NCBI GenBank assembly: GCA_051362555.1
Contig: CM120647.1
Location: forward strand, 12,190,651-12,254,650
Direction: 5' to 3'
Length of the DNA: 64,000 bases
DNA from: Lingula anatina
Lineage: Eukaryota; Animalia; Brachiopoda
The position numbers and the translations under genes are program-made. Positions 1 to 10,246 of the stretch are shown here, piece after piece. Each line of letters begins with the position of its first letter. Positions within the stretch are counted from its first letter, which is position 1. Below the pieces are notes generated by a model. That model made no database searches. It was not told where the DNA came from and saw nothing but the letters and a program-made list of their open reading frames with translations.

Positions 1-897
1 CCACGATATTAAAGAGCACAGTGGGATCAGAGGCGGTTCACAACAGACGGGGTTTACTTTTAGCGAGACCATAAGAGGAGAGAATAAAAAAAAATACATT
101 CAAGTAGTCTGTAATTACTGGTGCGATTGCAGCCATGGAAATTTTGAGTAAAGTATTATTGGCAAATAATTAAGCCGAGGAGATATAGTTTTTCTACCGA
201 ACACGGTTAACAGGTGGTATGACGGGCTGTTATACCGTAAAAAGCTGCAGAATCAAAACAACTTGGATCGTATTCATTGATAGGCCTCCTCTGTATGTTC
301 CTATTAAGACGACTTCGGAAGTTTTTTTTTTTTTTCTTTCTTTTTGGTTTTGCGTTGAGAGAACGCTTGGTTTCACCTTTGACGTTGTAGAGCACGAGGA
401 CGGCCACAGCTGTTCATACCTCTGCGGTTTTAGTATTGAGTAGTCTTTACTCTTTCCAATATCGACTGCGGACTTGCCACGGTACTGTATGGTCATATGA
501 ACAGTCTTGAGAAGCAAGGGCCCAAGATAGGAAAGGAGGGGCATTAAAAGACAAAACGTGTGCCTGATAAAAGGAATAGAGGTGACGCGACTTCTGTAAA
601 AAAAAAATCAAAAGTTTTCTCTCTTCTAATCCCACCAAGAAGAAAGCACATTTTGATGAAATGCAAGCCATACGGAGTTAGTTATAGCTCAATTTAAGTT
701 CAAGATCTTTGGCACCAATATAAGGACTTTTAACTGAAGAGAAAGGAAATATAATTGTCGACGCAGATGTAAACTGTCTAAAGTATACCGTATTATTAGG
801 CAAAAGGTAATTTGCTAAGTCCCACGAGCGCCCTCATTCGTTCTCGTCTCGTGACATCCCGATTCAGGGGCTAGGTCGTTGTCGTGAAGGACTGACG

Positions 898-1002
898 TGC
901 CTCATCCGGGACTCGAACCCGTGACCTTGCGTTACCAAGGTTGATGACGCTTTGGATGTCTCATTTGCATCCTTGCACGCTACCGACTGCTCCGTGACAG
1001 AC
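898..1002 (-). ncRNA. Degenerate tRNA-like Pol III element (element 1 of the array unit; copies start at ~2304, 3716, 5128, 6532, 10760, 12164, 13566, 14970, 16371, 17775, 19181, 26136, 27532)
   Basis: Minus strand reads GTCTGTCACGGAGCAGTCGGTAGCGTG-CAAGG...CCTTG...AGGTCACGGGTTCGAGTCCCGGATGAGGCA. It has an A-box/D-loop-like motif (983-994), a perfect B box GGTTCGAGTCC (909-919) inside a T-arm CGGG/CCCG, and a CAAGG/CCTTG stem at anticodon-stem spacing enclosing 30 nt. Acceptor and D stems pair poorly, so it is not a canonical tRNA. Confidence 0.6.
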
Positions 1003-1074
1003 CCGCCCACCCTCCGTACGTGCGAGTTTCCTCTTAAAGTAATCAATGGCAATTTTGAAGAAGTCAATTCTGGC

Positions 1075-1173
1075 AAAAAAAGAATGACACAGTAGCTCCT
1101 GTGACTCGAACCAGCGTCCGAGTATTTGTCTGTATGCCAGGCAGCAGAGTTACCACGCAGCCACGACAGCTCC
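1075..1173 (-). ncRNA. ~100-nt putative Pol III transcript with A box, B box and T7 terminator (element 2 of the array unit; vault-RNA-like panhandle or tRNA-Ser-derived); one copy per unit
   Basis: Minus strand reads GGAGCTGTCG-TGGCTGCGTGG (A box)-TAACT...GGTTCGAGTCA (B box)-CAGGAGCT...TTTTTTT. The 5' AGCT..GTGGCTGCG can pair with the 3' CGAGTCAC..AGCT. Confidence 0.45.
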
Positions 1174-4100
1174 GTTGATACGCAGTGATCAGATGGTAAC
1201 TTTCAACCTCGTCACGGAGAGCGCCAGATTGGGTGTACATGTGCAGGCCTGCTGTCCCAATCGACAATCCGGGAGCCGCCTTTCAGCCCACGCAACCCCA
1301 GTCCCCGACATGAACGGTAAATTTCAGTGATGCACACGAAGTCGTGTTTGTCAACCCGACTCGGAGCTCGGAGTTTGTTTTATACTAAGATTGATTTTGG
1401 CTTTACCCACGATATTAAAGAGCACAGTGGGATCAGAGGCGGTTCACAACAGACGGGGTTTACTTTTAGCGAGACCATAAGAGGAGAGAATAAAAAAAAA
1501 TACATTCAAGTAGTCTGTAATTACTGGTGCGATTGCAGCCATGGAAATTTTGAGTAAAGTATTATTGGCAAATAATTAAGCCGAGGAGATATAGTTTTTC
1601 TACCGAACACGGTTAACAGGTGGTATGACGGGCTGTTATACCGTAAAAAGCTGCAGAATCAAAACAACTTGGATCGTATTCATTGATAGGCCTCCTCTGT
1701 ATGTTCCTAGTAAGACGACTTCGGAAGTTTTTTTTTTTTTTCTTTCTTTTTGGTTTTGCGTTGAGAGAACGCTTGGTTTCACCTTTGACGTTGTAGAGCA
1801 CGAGGACGGCCACAGCTGTTCATACCTCTGCGGTTTTAGTATTGAGTAGTCTTTACTCTTTCCAATATCGACTGCGGACTTGCCACGGTACTGTATGGTC
1901 ATATGAACAGTCTTGAGAAGCAAGGGCCCAAGATAGGAAAGGAGGGGCATTAAAAGACAAAACGTGTGCCTGATAAAAGGAATAGAGGTGACGCGACTTC
2001 TGTAAAAAAAAAATCAAAAGTTTTCTCTCTTCTAATCCCACCAAGAAGAAAGCACATTTTGATGAAATGCAAGCCATACGGAGTTAGTTATAGCTCAATT
2101 TAAGTTCAAGATCTTTGGCACCAATATAAGGACTTTTAACTGAAGAGAAAGGAAATATAATTGTCGACGCAGATGTAAACTGTCTAAAGTATACCGTATT
2201 ATTAGGCAAAAGGTAATTTGCTAAGTCCCACGAGCGCCCTCATTCGTTCTCGTCTCGTGACATCCCGATTCAGGGGCTAGGTCGTTGTCGTGAAGGACTG
2301 ACGTGCCTCATCCGGGACTCGAACCCGTGACCTTGCGTTACCAAGGTTGATGACGCTTTGGATGTCTCATTTGCATCCTTGCACGCTACCGACTGCTCCG
2401 TGACAGACCCGCCCACCCTCCGTACGTGCGAGTTTCCTCTTAAAGTAATCAATGGCAATTTTGAAGAAGTCAATTCTGGCAAAAAAAGAATGACACAGAA
2501 GCTCCTGTGACTCGAACCAGCGTCCGAGTATTTGTCTGTATGCCAGGCAGCAGAGTTACCACGCAGCCACGACAGCTCCGTTGATACGCAGTGATCAGAT
2601 GGTAACTTTCAACCTCGTCACGGAGAGCGCCAGATTGGGTGTACATGTGCAGGCCTGCTGTCCCAATCGACAATCCGGGAGCCGCCTTTCAGCCCACGCA
2701 ACCCCAGTCCCCGACATGAACGGTAAATTTCAGTGATGCACACGAAGTCGTGTTTGTCAACCCGACTCGGAGCTCGGAGTTTGTTTTATACTAAGATTGA
2801 TTTTGGCTTTACCCACGATATTAAAGAGCACAGTGGGATCAGAGGCGGTTCACAACAGACGGGGTTTACTTTTAGCGAGACCATAAGAGGAGAGAATAAA
2901 AAAAAATACATTCAAGTAGTCTGTAATTACTGGTGCGATTGCAGCCATGGAAATTTTGAGTAAAGTATTATTGGCAAATAATTAAGCCGAGGAGATATAG
3001 TTTTTCTACCGAACACGGTTAACAGGTGGTATGACGGGCTGTTATACCGTAAAAAGCTGCAGAATCAAAACAACTTGGATCGTATTCATTGATAGGCCTC
3101 CTCTGTATGTTCCTAGTAAGACGACTTCGGAAGTTTTTTTTTTTTTTTTTTTTTCTTTCTTTTTGGTTTTGCGTTGAGAGAACGCTTGGTTTCACCTTTG
3201 ACGTTGTAGAGCACGAGGACGGCCACAGCTGTTCATACCTCTGCGGTTTTAGTATTGAGTAGTCTTTACTCTTTCCAATATCGACTGCGGACTTGCCACG
3301 GTACTGTATGGTCATATGAACAGTCTTGAGAAGCAAGGGCTCGTGATAAGAAAGGAGGGGCATTAAAAGACAAAACGTGTGCCTGATAAAAGGAATAGAG
3401 GTGACGCGACTTCTGTAAAAAAAAATCAAAAGTTTTCTCTCTTCTAATCCCACCAAGAAGAAAGCACATTTTGATGAAATGCAAGCCATACGAAGTTAGT
3501 TATAGCTCAATTTAAGTTCAAGATCTTTGGCACAAATATAAGGACTTTTAACTGAAGAGAAAGGAAATATAATTGTCGACGCAGATGTAAACTGTCTAAA
3601 GTGTACCGTATTATTATTCAAAAGGTAATATGCTAAGTCCCACGAGCGCCCTCATTCGTTCTCGTCTCGTGACATCCCGATTCAGGGGCTAGGTCGTTGT
3701 CGTGAAGGACTGACGTGCCTCATCCGGGACTCGAACCCGTGACCTTGCGTTACCAAGGTTGATGACGCTTTGGATGTCTCATTTGCATCCTTGCACGCTA
3801 CCGACTGCTCCGTGACAGACCCGCCCACCCTCCGTACGTGCGAGTTTCCTCTTAAAGTAATCAATGGCAATTTTGAAGAAGTCAATTCTGGCAAAAAAAG
3901 AATGACACATTAGCTCCTGTGACTCGAAACAGCGTCCGAGTATTTGTCTGTATGCCAGGCAGCAGAGTTACCACGCAGCCACGACAGCTCCGTTGATACG
4001 CAGTGATCAGATGGTAACTTTCAACCTCGTCACGGAGAGCGCCAGATTGGGTGTACATGTGCAGGCCTGCTGTCCCAATCGACAATCCGGGAGCCGCCTT

Positions 4101-7100
4101 TCAGCCCACGCAAACCCAGTCCCCGACATGAACGGTAAATTTCAGTGATGCACACGAAGTCGTGTTTGTCAACCCGACTCGGAGCTCGGAGTTTGTTTTA
4201 TACTAAGATTGATTTTGGCTTTACCAACGATATTAAAGAGCACAGTGGGATCAGAGGCGGTTCACAACAGACGGGGTTTACTTTTAGCAAGACCATAAGA
4301 GGAGAGAATAAAAAAAAAAAAATACATTCAAGTAGTCTGTAATTACTGGTGCGATTGCAGCCATTGGAATTTTGAGTAAAGTATTATTGGCAAATAATTA
4401 AGCCGAGGAGATATAGTTTTTCTACCGAACACGGTTAACTGGTGGTGTGACGGGCTGTTATACCGTAAAAGCTGCAGAATCAAAACAACTTGGATCGTAT
4501 TCATTGATAGGCCTGCTCTGTATGTTCCTAGTAAGACGACTTCGGAAGTTTTTTTTTTTTTTTTTCTTTCTTTTTGGTTTTGCGTTGAGAGAACGCTTGG
4601 TTTCACCTTTGACGTTGTAGAGCACGAGGACGGCCACAGCTGTTCATACCTCTGCGGTTTTAGTATTGAGTAGTCTTTACTCTTTCCAATATCGACTGCG
4701 GACTTGCCACGGTACTGTATGGTCATATGAACAGTCTTGAGAAGCAAGGGCCCAAGATAGGAAAGGAGGGGCATTAAAAGACAAAACGTGTGCCTGATAA
4801 AAGGAATAGAGGTGACGCGACTTCTGTAAAAAAAAAATCAAAAGTTTTCTCTCTTCTAATCCCACCAAGAAGAAAGCACATTTTGATGAAATGCAAGCCA
4901 TACGGAGTTAGTTATAGCTCAATTTAAGTTCAAGATCTTTGGCACCAATATAAGGACTTTTAACTGAAGAGAAAGGAAATATAATTGTCGACGCAGATGT
5001 AAACTGTCTAAAGTATACCGTATTATTAGGCAAAAGGTAATTTGCTAAGTCCCACGAGCGCCCTCATTCGTTCTCGTCTCGTGACATCCCGATTCAGGGG
5101 CTAGGTCGTTGTCGTGAAGGACTGACGTGCCTCATCCGGGACTCGAACCCGTGACCTTGCGTTACCAAGGTTGATGACGCTTTGGATGTCTCATTTGCAT
5201 CCTTGCACGCTACCGACTGCTCCGTGACAGACCCGCCCACCCTCCGTACGTGCGAGTTTCCTCTTAAAGTAATCAATGGCAATTTTGAAGAAGTCAATTC
5301 TGGCAAAAAAAGAATGACACAGTAGCTCCTGTGACTCGAACCAGCGTCCGAGTATTTGTCTGTATGCCAGGCAGCAGAGTTACCACGCAGCCACGACAGC
5401 TCCGTTGATACGCAGTGATCAGATGGTAACTTTCAACCTCGTCACGGAGAGCGCCAGATTGGGTGTACATGTGCAGGCCTGCTGTCCCAATCGACAATCC
5501 GGGAGCCGCCTTTCAGCCCACGCAACCCCAGTCCCCGACATGAACGGTAAATTTCAGTGATGCACACGAAGTCGTGTTTGTCAACCCGACTCGGAGCTCG
5601 GAGTTTGTTTTATACTAAGATTGATTTTGGCTTTACCCACGATATTAAAGAGCACAGTGGGATCAGAGGCGGTTCACAACAGACGGGGTTTACTTTTAGC
5701 GAGACCATAAGAGGAGAGAATAAAAAAAAAATACATTCAAGTAGTCTGTAATTACTGGTGCGATTGCAGCCATGGAAATTTTGAGTAAAGTATTATTGGC
5801 AAATAATTAAGCCGAGGAGATATAGTTTTTCTACCGAACACGGTTAACAGGTGGTATGACGGGCTGTTATACCGTAAAAGCTGCAGAATCAAAACAACTT
5901 GGATCGTATTCATTGATAGGCCTGCTCTGTATGTTCCTAGTAAGACGACTTCGGAAGTTTTTTTTTTTTCTTTCTTTTTGGTTTTGCGTTGAGAGAACGC
6001 TTGGTTTCACCTTTGACGTTGTAGAGCACGAGGACGGCCACAGCTGTTCATACCTCTGCGGTTTTAGTATTGAGTAGTCTTTACTCTTTCCAATATCGAC
6101 TGCGGACTTGCCACGGTACTGTATGGTCATATGAACAGTCTTGAGAAGCAAGGGCCCAAGATAGGAAAGGAGGGGCATTAAAAGACAAAACGTGTGCCTG
6201 ATAAAAGGAATAGAGGTGACGCGACTTCTGTAAAAAAAAAATCAAAAGTTTTCTCTCTTCTAATCCCACCAAGAAGAAAGCACATTTTGATGAAATGCAA
6301 GCCATACGGAGTTAGTTATAGCTCAATTTAAGTTCAAGATCTTTGGCACCAATATAAGGACTTTTAACTGAAGAGAAAGGAAATATAATTGTCGACGCAG
6401 ATGTAAACTGTCTAAAGTATACCGTATTATTAGGCAAAAGGTAATTTGCTAAGTCCCACGAGCGCCCTCATTCGTTCTCGTCTCGTGACATCCCGATTCA
6501 GGGGCTAGGTCGTTGTCGTGAAGGACTGACGTGCCTCATCCGGGACTCGAACCCGTGACCTTGCGTTACCAAGGTTGATGACGCTTTGGATGTCTCATTT
6601 GCATCCTTGCACGCTACCGACTGCTCCGTGACAGACCCGCCCACTCCGTACGTGCGAGTTTCCTCTTAAAGTAATCAATGGCAATTTTGAAGAAGTCAAT
6701 TCTGGCAAAAAAAGAATGACACAGTAGTTCCTGTGACTTGAACCAGCGTCCGAGTATTTGTCTGTATGCCAGGCAGCAGAGTTACCACGCAGCCACGACA
6801 GCTCCGTTGATACGCAGTGATCAGATGGTAACTTTCAACCTCGTCACGGAGAGCGCCAGATTGGGTGTACATGTGCAGGCCTGCTGTCCCAATCGACAAT
6901 CCGGGAGCCGCCTTTCAGCCCACGCAACCCCAGTCCCCGACATGAACGGTAAATTTCAGTGATGCACACGAAGTCGTGTTTGTCAACCCGACTCGGAGCT
7001 CGGAGTTTGTTTTATACTAAGATTGATTTTGGCTTTACCCACGATATTAAAGAGCACAGTGGGAACAGAGGCGGTTCACAACAGACGGGGTTTACTTTTA

Positions 7101-7530
7101 GCGAGACCATAAGAGGAGAGAATAAAAAAAAATACATTCAAGTAGTCTGTAATTACTGGTGCGATTGCAGCCATGGAAATTTTGAGTAAAGTATTATTGG
7201 CAAATAATTAAGCCGAGGAGATATAGTTTTTCTACCGAACACGGTTAACAGGTGGTATGACGGGCTGTTATACCGTAAAAGCTGCAGAATCAAAACAACT
7301 TGGATCGTATTCATTGATAGGCCTGCTCTGTATGTTCCTAGTAAGACGACTTCGGAAGTTTTTTTTTTTTCTTTCTTTTTGGTTTTGCGTTGAGAGAACG
7401 CTTGGTTTCACCTTTGACGTTGTAGAGCACGAGGACGGCCACAGCTGTTCATACCTCTGCGGTTTTAGTATTGAGTAGTCTTTACTCTTTCCAATATCGA
7501 CTGCGGACTTGCCACGGTACTGTATGTAGT

Positions 7531-7633
7531 AAATAATGCACTGTCCACGAGCCCGATATCCACGATAGCAGGCCGAGCGTCAGCGAGGCATGCTATCGTG
7601 GATATCGGGCGAGGGGGTAACAGTGCATTATTT
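7531..7633 (+). other. Left subterminal hairpin of the Crypton
   Basis: Outer arms AAATAATGCACTGT/ACAGTGCATTATTT; perfect 20-bp inner arms 7551-7570 and 7591-7610; tip GCC-GA-GC-GTCA-GC-GA-GGC. Confidence 0.9.
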
Positions 7634-7969
7634 GTCATACATACTAAGGGAAATCGTGCATGTTCCTCACCCAAACCCCCTAACTTTGAATAGAACACGC
7701 TGATATCACCGCGCATGGAGTGATATCAAAGAATGGACTTTTCCCGCGCTTACGCCGATAGTTTCTGTCTAATTGTGGTCACCGTCCAATTATTTTCATT
7801 TGTGTGAATGGTTTGTGGTTGCGTGTGCTTTGCCGGAGATATGGGTCAGTGGTTTTTCTGTGAGAAGTTGGCTGCCCATCTCCCGCACGTGGCAGTTTCC
7901 TGCCCATCTCCCGCACGTGGCAGTCACTCTCATTCATTTTTCGGCAAAGCTGACAGCTACATTGTAGAA

Positions 7970-10064
7970 ATGCTGTTTTCTGATGTTTCGGACGATGAAC
8001 TCGTGAGCGCAAGTCAAACGGCAGAGAAATCTCATTATGAAACTGTGCAACAATTTTCTGACATTTCTGACGACGAACTTATAAGCGCAAGTCAAAAGGC
8101 AGAGAAGTCTCATTTTGAAACTGTGCAACAATTTTCTGACATTTCGGACGACGAACTTATAAGCGCAAGTCAAAATGCAGAAATGTGTTATTTAGACGCG
8201 AAGCAGCAGCAGGAGCAGCAGGCTTTCTCGGCTGAGATGAAGGTGCGTATAACAAAAATACACATTTTTCATTTATGTTTATCTTTTCCATATGTATTAC
8301 CACTACATAATTATACGACAAAATGCATTTGTACCTTGACATTTGAACGGATGAGATTCATTGCTTTCGAAAAACGTGAAAATTGACATATTTGACAAAA
8401 TGCGTTTTCTTATGATATTATCCTGTTTTTAAGAGGGGAATAGCAGTAAAAGGTTCGCTATCCCAGTAACAGATGAGGAAATGGAGTTGCGCTCAAAAGC
8501 AAGCTTACCTAAGAACACGTTGCGTCGTAACATGTGGGCACTTAATACATGGAATAAGTGGGCAGTGGCGCGAAACAACACACGGTTGCACGGTTATCAA
8601 GGAAACGACATTGCCATTAATAAATGGAATAAAATAATGAAACCACTGACAAATCTCTCTGACGAGGAACTTCAGTACTGGATATCCAAATTTATACTGG
8701 AGGTGAGAAAAGAGAACGGTACGGAATATCCTCCAAGGACACTCCTGTCCCTTGTGATGGGACTGCAGAGTTACATTCGCACTGAGTCGAAGCGAGGGAT
8801 TGATTTATTAAATTCTGATCAATTTGTGGGTCTCCGACAAGTATTAGATTCTGAGATGAAACGTCTTTCTCATACTGGCCTTGGATGTAACACCAAAAAG
8901 GCCCAAGCAATTTCTTTGGAGGATGAAAGCAAGCTGTGGTCATCGAAAGCGCTGGGCGACTATAATCCCAAAGTACTCGTGCGTACACTGCACTATTTGA
9001 ATGGCAAAAATTTCGGATTACGAGGTGGACAGGAACATCGACGACTGCAATATAAATCACCTCAAATTACGCTCCACGAACCTGAAGGTGAAATTGCTTA
9101 TTTGAAATATTCAGAAGACGTCTCTAAAACGTGTCAAGGTGGCCTAAAACATCGCAAATTAGTACCAAAGCAAGTGACCCATTTTGCTAACGCAGACTGC
9201 CCGGAGCGATGCCATGTAAGGATTTACAAGAAATATATGGAATTATCCCCCAAAGATAACAGAGACGATTCTTTTTACCTCCAGCCTTTGCAGAAATGGC
9301 GGGAAAACGTATGGTTTAGTCGACAGCCGATTGGTGTGAATACCCTGTCAAACTTCACCCGAGAAACGTGTGAAAAGGCTGGCCTGAAAGGATTCTACAC
9401 CAACCACTCTCTGCGGGCAACTACTGCGACGCGTCTCTTTCGGAGAGGTGTCGATGAGCAGCTAATTATGACCAAAACAGGGCATCGTTCAGTCGAAGGT
9501 AAATATCATCAATACCATACATAGACAGCAAAATTTAAGTGCGTGTAACTGTTTTGTATTAATCTAAAATTTCACAATAATTTAGATTAATTCTTGATTG
9601 TCTCTCAACTGCTGTTGGCCTAGACTCCAGGCAAATTCATTTTGCCCGGAAGATCCCCACTGATGTCTTTTTAAGTATTATTTTATTTTATAGTACTAAT
9701 GGGTTTATGCACAGATTTTACAACATACACTTTGGTTACAATCAATTGTGATGTTATTTTCATTTACTCATTTATTAGGGAAAGGGGCTCATATTTTACC
9801 AGTATATTATCCTTTAGTATTATTTCGTTTCTTTCGGATATGTTTCTAGGCGTTCGTTCATATACACGGCCGTCTGAACAACAGGAACAACACATCAGCA
9901 GAATCCTTGACGGGAGTGATGATGGTCCGACGCCGCCGAAAATACGCACTCAGACAGACGTCAGTGATGAAAGTGTAACACAAACAGATTCTTCTTTGAG
10001 TAGACTTATCGATTTAACAAATCAGCCGGTTGTATTTCAGAATTGCAATTTCCAATTTCATTAA
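7970..10064 (+). CDS. Crypton tyrosine recombinase (DUF3504/ZMYM-QRICH1-KCTD1-like domain); spliced, exons ~7970-8242, ~8436-9498, 9850-10064
   Basis: Motifs EVRKENGTEYPP, FGLRGGQEHR (Arg), SKTCQGG (Lys), TNHSLRAT (His-x-x-Arg) and TGHRS (His). GT-AG intron 9499-9849 restores EG-VRSY, with the presumed catalytic Tyr at 9861-9863. The first donor AAG|GTGCGT (8243) is clear but its acceptor is uncertain. Confidence 0.88.
7976..8180 (+). repeat. 78-bp coding tandem repeat (26-aa acidic motif FSDISDDELISASQxAEKSHxETVQQ, ~2.6 copies) in the Crypton N-terminal exon
   Basis: Visible in the translation of ORF 7808-8386. Confidence 0.85.
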
Positions 10065-10126
10065 AATATAAATTAAATGCCTGACGTTGTTTCCTTCTTA
10101 TTTTTCTGTTTTCAGTGACTATTCAT

Positions 10127-10246
10127 GTAAAATTCGAGAAAAAAAGCGAGATATCGAGCTTTTTTTCGAGGATTTTACCGAGTCACCACGAGACACGCTA
10201 TCATAAAGTGCGAGCGAAAGCGAGCACTTTTTGATAGCGGGTCGAG
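10127..10246 (+). other. Two right subterminal hairpins of the Crypton (10127-10178 and ~10189-10246)
   Basis: GTAAAATTC-GA-GAAAAAAAGC-GA-GATATC-GA-GCTTTTTTTC-GA-GGATTTTAC, and CGCTATCATAAAGTGC-GA-GCGAAAGC-GA-GCACTTTTTGATAGCG. Confidence 0.88.

Noticed and set aside
355-405. U3 snoRNA-like words GTAGAGCAC, GAGGA and GAGAGAACGC
   Set aside because: Wrong order, and boxes A, B, C and D are absent.
735-770. Hammerhead-like CTGAAGA...GAAA...GTC in the array unit
   Set aside because: Stem II lacks its closing pair and stem I cannot form.
898-1002. Functional tRNA-Cys(GCA) with intron
   Set aside because: Acceptor and D stems are mismatched, position 32 is a purine and the variable region is anomalous; kept only as tRNA-like.
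1296-1465. RNase MRP P4-like pair AGTCCCCG / AACAGACGGGGTTTA
   Set aside because: The CR-I GARA motif is missing and internal TTTT runs would stop Pol III.
207-1557. Repeated 60-180 aa ORFs in every array unit
   Set aside because: No recognisable motifs; frames change with homopolymer length between units; recurrence only reflects the repeat.
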